Of a DNA stretch of 64,000 nucleotides, positions 61,339 through 64,000 are shown piece after piece. This DNA comes from Bacteroidales bacterium (GTDB lineage: Bacteria > Bacteroidota > Bacteroidia > Bacteroidales > G3-4614), in NCBI GenBank assembly GCA_017935575.1, contig JAGBHI010000064.1:8836-72835 (forward strand), given 5' to 3'. Both the position numbers and the translations under genes were made by a program. How positions within the stretch are numbered: the first letter of the stretch is position 1; each line of letters starts with the position of its first letter. The notes below the pieces were generated by a model. The model did no database searches. It saw nothing but the letters and a program-made list of their open reading frames with translations, and was not told where the DNA came from.

Positions 61339-62292
61339 ATGTACACCCCTTCATTTACCATATCATCAAAGGCTGTTAATATCATAGCAGAAATATCGGC
61401 ATTAATTGAGCGATATGATATTAGCATTGAGCAGAACGAAAATTTGATGTTGCGTAAAGCCAATAGAATAAAAACAATTCATAGTTCATTGGCTATTGAG
61501 GGAAATAATCTATCGGAGAGTGAGGTTATTGATATTGTAAACGGGAAAGAGGTAGTTGCTCCACTAAAAGAGATTCAGGAGGTAAAAAATGCAATAAATA
61601 CATATAACCTTTACGAAACATTCAACCCATTCTCAATTGACGATTTATTAAAAGCTCATCGTTTAATGATGCAATCTCTCTCACCTGATGCTGGCAGTTT
61701 TAGAAAAGGAGGAGTAGGTGTATTTGAGGGCGAAAATTTAATACACATGGCACCACCAGCCGATAGGGTGCCTTATCTGATTAAAGAGCTATTTGAGTGG
61801 TTAAAAAACTCTGACGACCATATCCTTATAAAAAGTTCTGTTTTTCACTATGAATTTGAGTTTGTACACCCATTCAGCGACGGAAACGGAAGAATAGGAA
61901 GATTGTGGCAATCTCTTATTTTAGGTAAATTGCACCAGCTTTTTGAATATTTGCCAATTGAAAATATGATATACCAAAATCAACAAACATATTACGATGC
62001 AATAGCAAAAAGTTCAGCCATAAATGATAGTGGTGTATTTATCGACTTTATGTTGCAAGAGATTTTGAATAGCCTTAAAAAGAGATATAATTCAAAACAT
62101 GAAACAACAGATATTGAGAAAAAAATATTAGATATAATCACCTCTGATATACAAATAACAGCAAAGAAAATATCAGAACTCTTTTCAATATCACAAAGGC
62201 AAGTTGAAAGGGTTATATCAGAATTAAAAAACAGAGGTATAATTGAGAGAGTAGGAGCAAGAAAAAACGGATATTGGAGAATTAAAAAGTAG
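61339..62292 (+). CDS. Fic-family protein (class II, N-terminal inhibitory helix) with C-terminal winged-HTH
   Basis: Fic motif HPFSDGNGRIGR, inhibitory (S/T)xxxE(G/N) motif SLAIEGN, and a C-terminal wHTH-like segment (ITAKKISELFSISQRQVERVISELKNRGIIERVG). Confidence 0.9.
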   Translation: MYTPSFTISSKAVNIIAEISALIERYDISIEQNENLMLRKANRIKTIHSSLAIEGNNLSESEVIDIVNGKEVVAPLKEIQEVKNAINTYNLYETFNPFSIDDLLKAHRLMMQSLSPDAGSFRKGGVGVFEGENLIHMAPPADRVPYLIKELFEWLKNSDDHILIKSSVFHYEFEFVHPFSDGNGRIGRLWQSLILGKLHQLFEYLPIENMIYQNQQTYYDAIAKSSAINDSGVFIDFMLQEILNSLKKRYNSKHETTDIEKKILDIITSDIQITAKKISELFSISQRQVERVISELKNRGIIERVGARKNGYWRIKK

Positions 62293-62307
62293 ATACCAAA
62301 GTTTCTG

Positions 62308-62343
62308 ATGTCGGAATAAATGTCGGAATAAATGTCGGAATAA
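62308..62343 (+). repeat. Perfect 3 x 12-bp tandem repeat ATGTCGGAATAA
   Basis: Read directly: ATGTCGGAATAA ATGTCGGAATAA ATGTCGGAATAA. Each unit is an ATG-TCG-GAA-TAA mini-ORF. The repeat lies 16 nt after the fic stop and 18 nt before the next gene's ATG. Confidence 0.95.
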
Positions 62344-62361
62344 ATTTAAAATAAAAGATAT

Positions 62362-64000
62362 ATGAAAAAATTACTATTACCATTTGCACTATTGGGATTG
62401 TTTGCTTGTAATACAAAACAGGCTGAGGAGATAACTTACGATACTCCATACCCTCTAACAAGCTATGAGGAGTTAGAAGACACTAAACCCGTTGATGAAG
62501 AGGCATGGGATAACCTATCTGAGAGTTTCAATCTCACTTGGGCAGATAAGGATATACACTACTCATATAAAAACGTACCATCTGTAGCCACATGCACCGA
62601 TACCACAATTAAGGTATGGCGAGGCGAGAGAGTGAGTGCATTGGCACTTATCTACACAACAGAAGAGATAAAAGATGCAGAGTTGAAAATATCTAAAATA
62701 GACGGTGTTAAAGGTAGTACCGAAGCAAACTTTGTAACATACGTTATGACCGATGGTTTTAATGCCGATGGAAATGGAACATGCGGACCACGCCCTGATC
62801 ACTCAATTTACGACAGTTCAATGGTTGCCGATGTAATAGACAACCAAAAAATAAGAGATTTAAAACCTCGCCGTGTACGCCCCGTTTGGTGCACATTTGA
62901 AGTACCATTGGATATTGAGCCCGGCAATTACGATGTAATCCTCAAAGTAAAAGAGGGGTGGAAAACATTAGGTAAACTAAATGCCGAGATTAATGTGTTA
63001 GATAAAACACTACCTGCCCCCAAAGATTACGTATTCCATTTAGATTTGTGGCAACAACCCTATTCGGTTTCGCGTTATTACAATGTTGAGAAGTGGAGCA
63101 ACGAGCACTTTGAAGCAATGCGTCCCATGATGAAAGCACTTGCACGAGCAGGACAAAAGGTAATATCAACCGAGATAATATACGAACCTTGGGGCGACCA
63201 ATCGCACGACAAATTTGACCCTATGATTGAGACTACTCTTAAAACAGATGGCACATGGGCATACGACTATACCATCTTTGACCGCTGGGTTGAATTTATG
63301 ATGGAGTGTGGCATTGACAAAGAGATAAAATGCTTCTCAATGGTACCATGGGATATGAATTTCCGCTATCTTGACGAAGCAACAGGCGAATATAAATTCC
63401 TTCATGCAAAAACATCAGATGCCGAATATCGCGAGTTTTGGACACCACTACTACAATCACTTGCGCAACACCTAAAAGAGAAGGGGTGGTACGAAAAAAC
63501 ATCAATATGTATGGACGAACGTGAGTTGAGTGCCATGCTTGATGCATACAATCTACTGCAAGAGGTAGTACCCGGAATGAAGATGTCGCTTGCCGGAAAC
63601 TACCATGCCGAGTTAGTTGATTTACTCTACGACTTTACCGTACAATATGAGCAATACTTCACAAAAGAGGAGTTACAACGTCGCAAAGCCAACGGACAAG
63701 TAACATTGTACTACACAAGCTGTGCAACAACCTATCCCAACTCATATACATTCTCGGCACCGGCTGAGGCAACATGTATGCCACTACACGCCATACAAGC
63801 CGGATTTGACGGATTTTTACGTTGGGCATACAACAACTGGGGCGAAGACCCGCTACGCGACACTCGCTACCGTCTATGGGGTGCAGGCGACTCATTCTTG
63901 ATATATCCCGGCTTCCGTAGCTCAGTACGTTTTGAACGCTTTGTTGAAGGAGTACAAGATGCCGAAAAGATAAGAATTCTTCGCGAAGAGTATAAAACAA
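62362..64000 (+). CDS. DUF4091-type glycoside-hydrolase-like lipoprotein (3' end outside the window)
   Basis: The frame is open from the ATG at 62362 to the window end, and it is absent from the ORF track because no stop is reached. Lipoprotein signal MKKLLLPFALLGLFAC. DUF4091-like segments are present (LWQQPYSVSRYY; RWAYNNWGEDPLRD; GDSFLIYPG). Confidence 0.75.
   Translation, partial: MKKLLLPFALLGLFACNTKQAEEITYDTPYPLTSYEELEDTKPVDEEAWDNLSESFNLTWADKDIHYSYKNVPSVATCTDTTIKVWRGERVSALALIYTTEEIKDAELKISKIDGVKGSTEANFVTYVMTDGFNADGNGTCGPRPDHSIYDSSMVADVIDNQKIRDLKPRRVRPVWCTFEVPLDIEPGNYDVILKVKEGWKTLGKLNAEINVLDKTLPAPKDYVFHLDLWQQPYSVSRYYNVEKWSNEHFEAMRPMMKALARAGQKVISTEIIYEPWGDQSHDKFDPMIETTLKTDGTWAYDYTIFDRWVEFMMECGIDKEIKCFSMVPWDMNFRYLDEATGEYKFLHAKTSDAEYREFWTPLLQSLAQHLKEKGWYEKTSICMDERELSAMLDAYNLLQEVVPGMKMSLAGNYHAELVDLLYDFTVQYEQYFTKEELQRRKANGQVTLYYTSCATTYPNSYTFSAPAEATCMPLHAIQAGFDGFLRWAYNNWGEDPLRDTRYRLWGAGDSFLIYPGFRSSVRFERFVEGVQDAEKIRILREEYKT

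Overview
No convincing novel multi-gene system (defence, toxin-antitoxin, secretion, biosynthetic island) is visible in this window, and there are no transposases, integrases, prophage genes or CRISPR arrays. It reads as syntenic core chromosome of a low-GC member of the Bacteroidota, probably Bacteroidales, and is almost entirely housekeeping. The taxon call rests on several things: repeated TTTG(-33)/TAnnTTTG(-7) promoter motifs, an FtsL-like gene, and a PASTA-bearing FtsI. It also rests on the DUF4271/HemD-like pair, a GlsA/GlsB-like lipid pair, a CarboxypepD_reg-type TonB-dependent receptor, and a PorT-like barrel.

The centre is a complete dcw cell-division and cell-wall cluster on the + strand (11964-26790): rsmH, ftsL-like, ftsI, murE, mraY, murD, ftsW, murG, murC, ftsQ, ftsA, ftsZ. 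It has no mraZ. The + strand continues with translation and housekeeping genes: GatB/YqeY, serS, ychF, LOG, DUF4271, hemD-like, rnpA, yidD, tatD, tyrS and tRNA-Gln.

The left flank holds a polA 3' fragment, a DUF2156-GNAT fusion and an MscS channel. It also holds two sub-60-aa genes missed by the ORF track (DUF4250 and a 2x[4Fe-4S] ferredoxin), then ribH, recF with DUF721, a thioesterase, and a glycine-lipid-type acyltransferase pair with a WG-repeat lipoprotein.

The right half holds a CNNM/CorC protein, two identical tRNA-Asn genes, an S41 peptidase, a NUDIX hydrolase, an orphan fucosyltransferase-like gene, mutS and a U32 peptidase. It continues with a TonB-dependent receptor and a three-gene outer-membrane module (giant TPR protein, large beta-barrel, PorT-like barrel). 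After that come a TolC/HlyD/MFS efflux operon with a divergent AraC regulator, SpmA/B, malQ, a Fic protein and a truncated DUF4091 lipoprotein.

The items most worth a second look are modest:
- the uncharacterised TPR/beta-barrel/PorT-like envelope module;
- a 120-nt long-hairpin intergenic element;
- a triple 12-bp ATG-TCG-GAA-TAA tandem repeat;
- a duplicated promoter-leader module upstream of recF;
- two domain or operon fusions.
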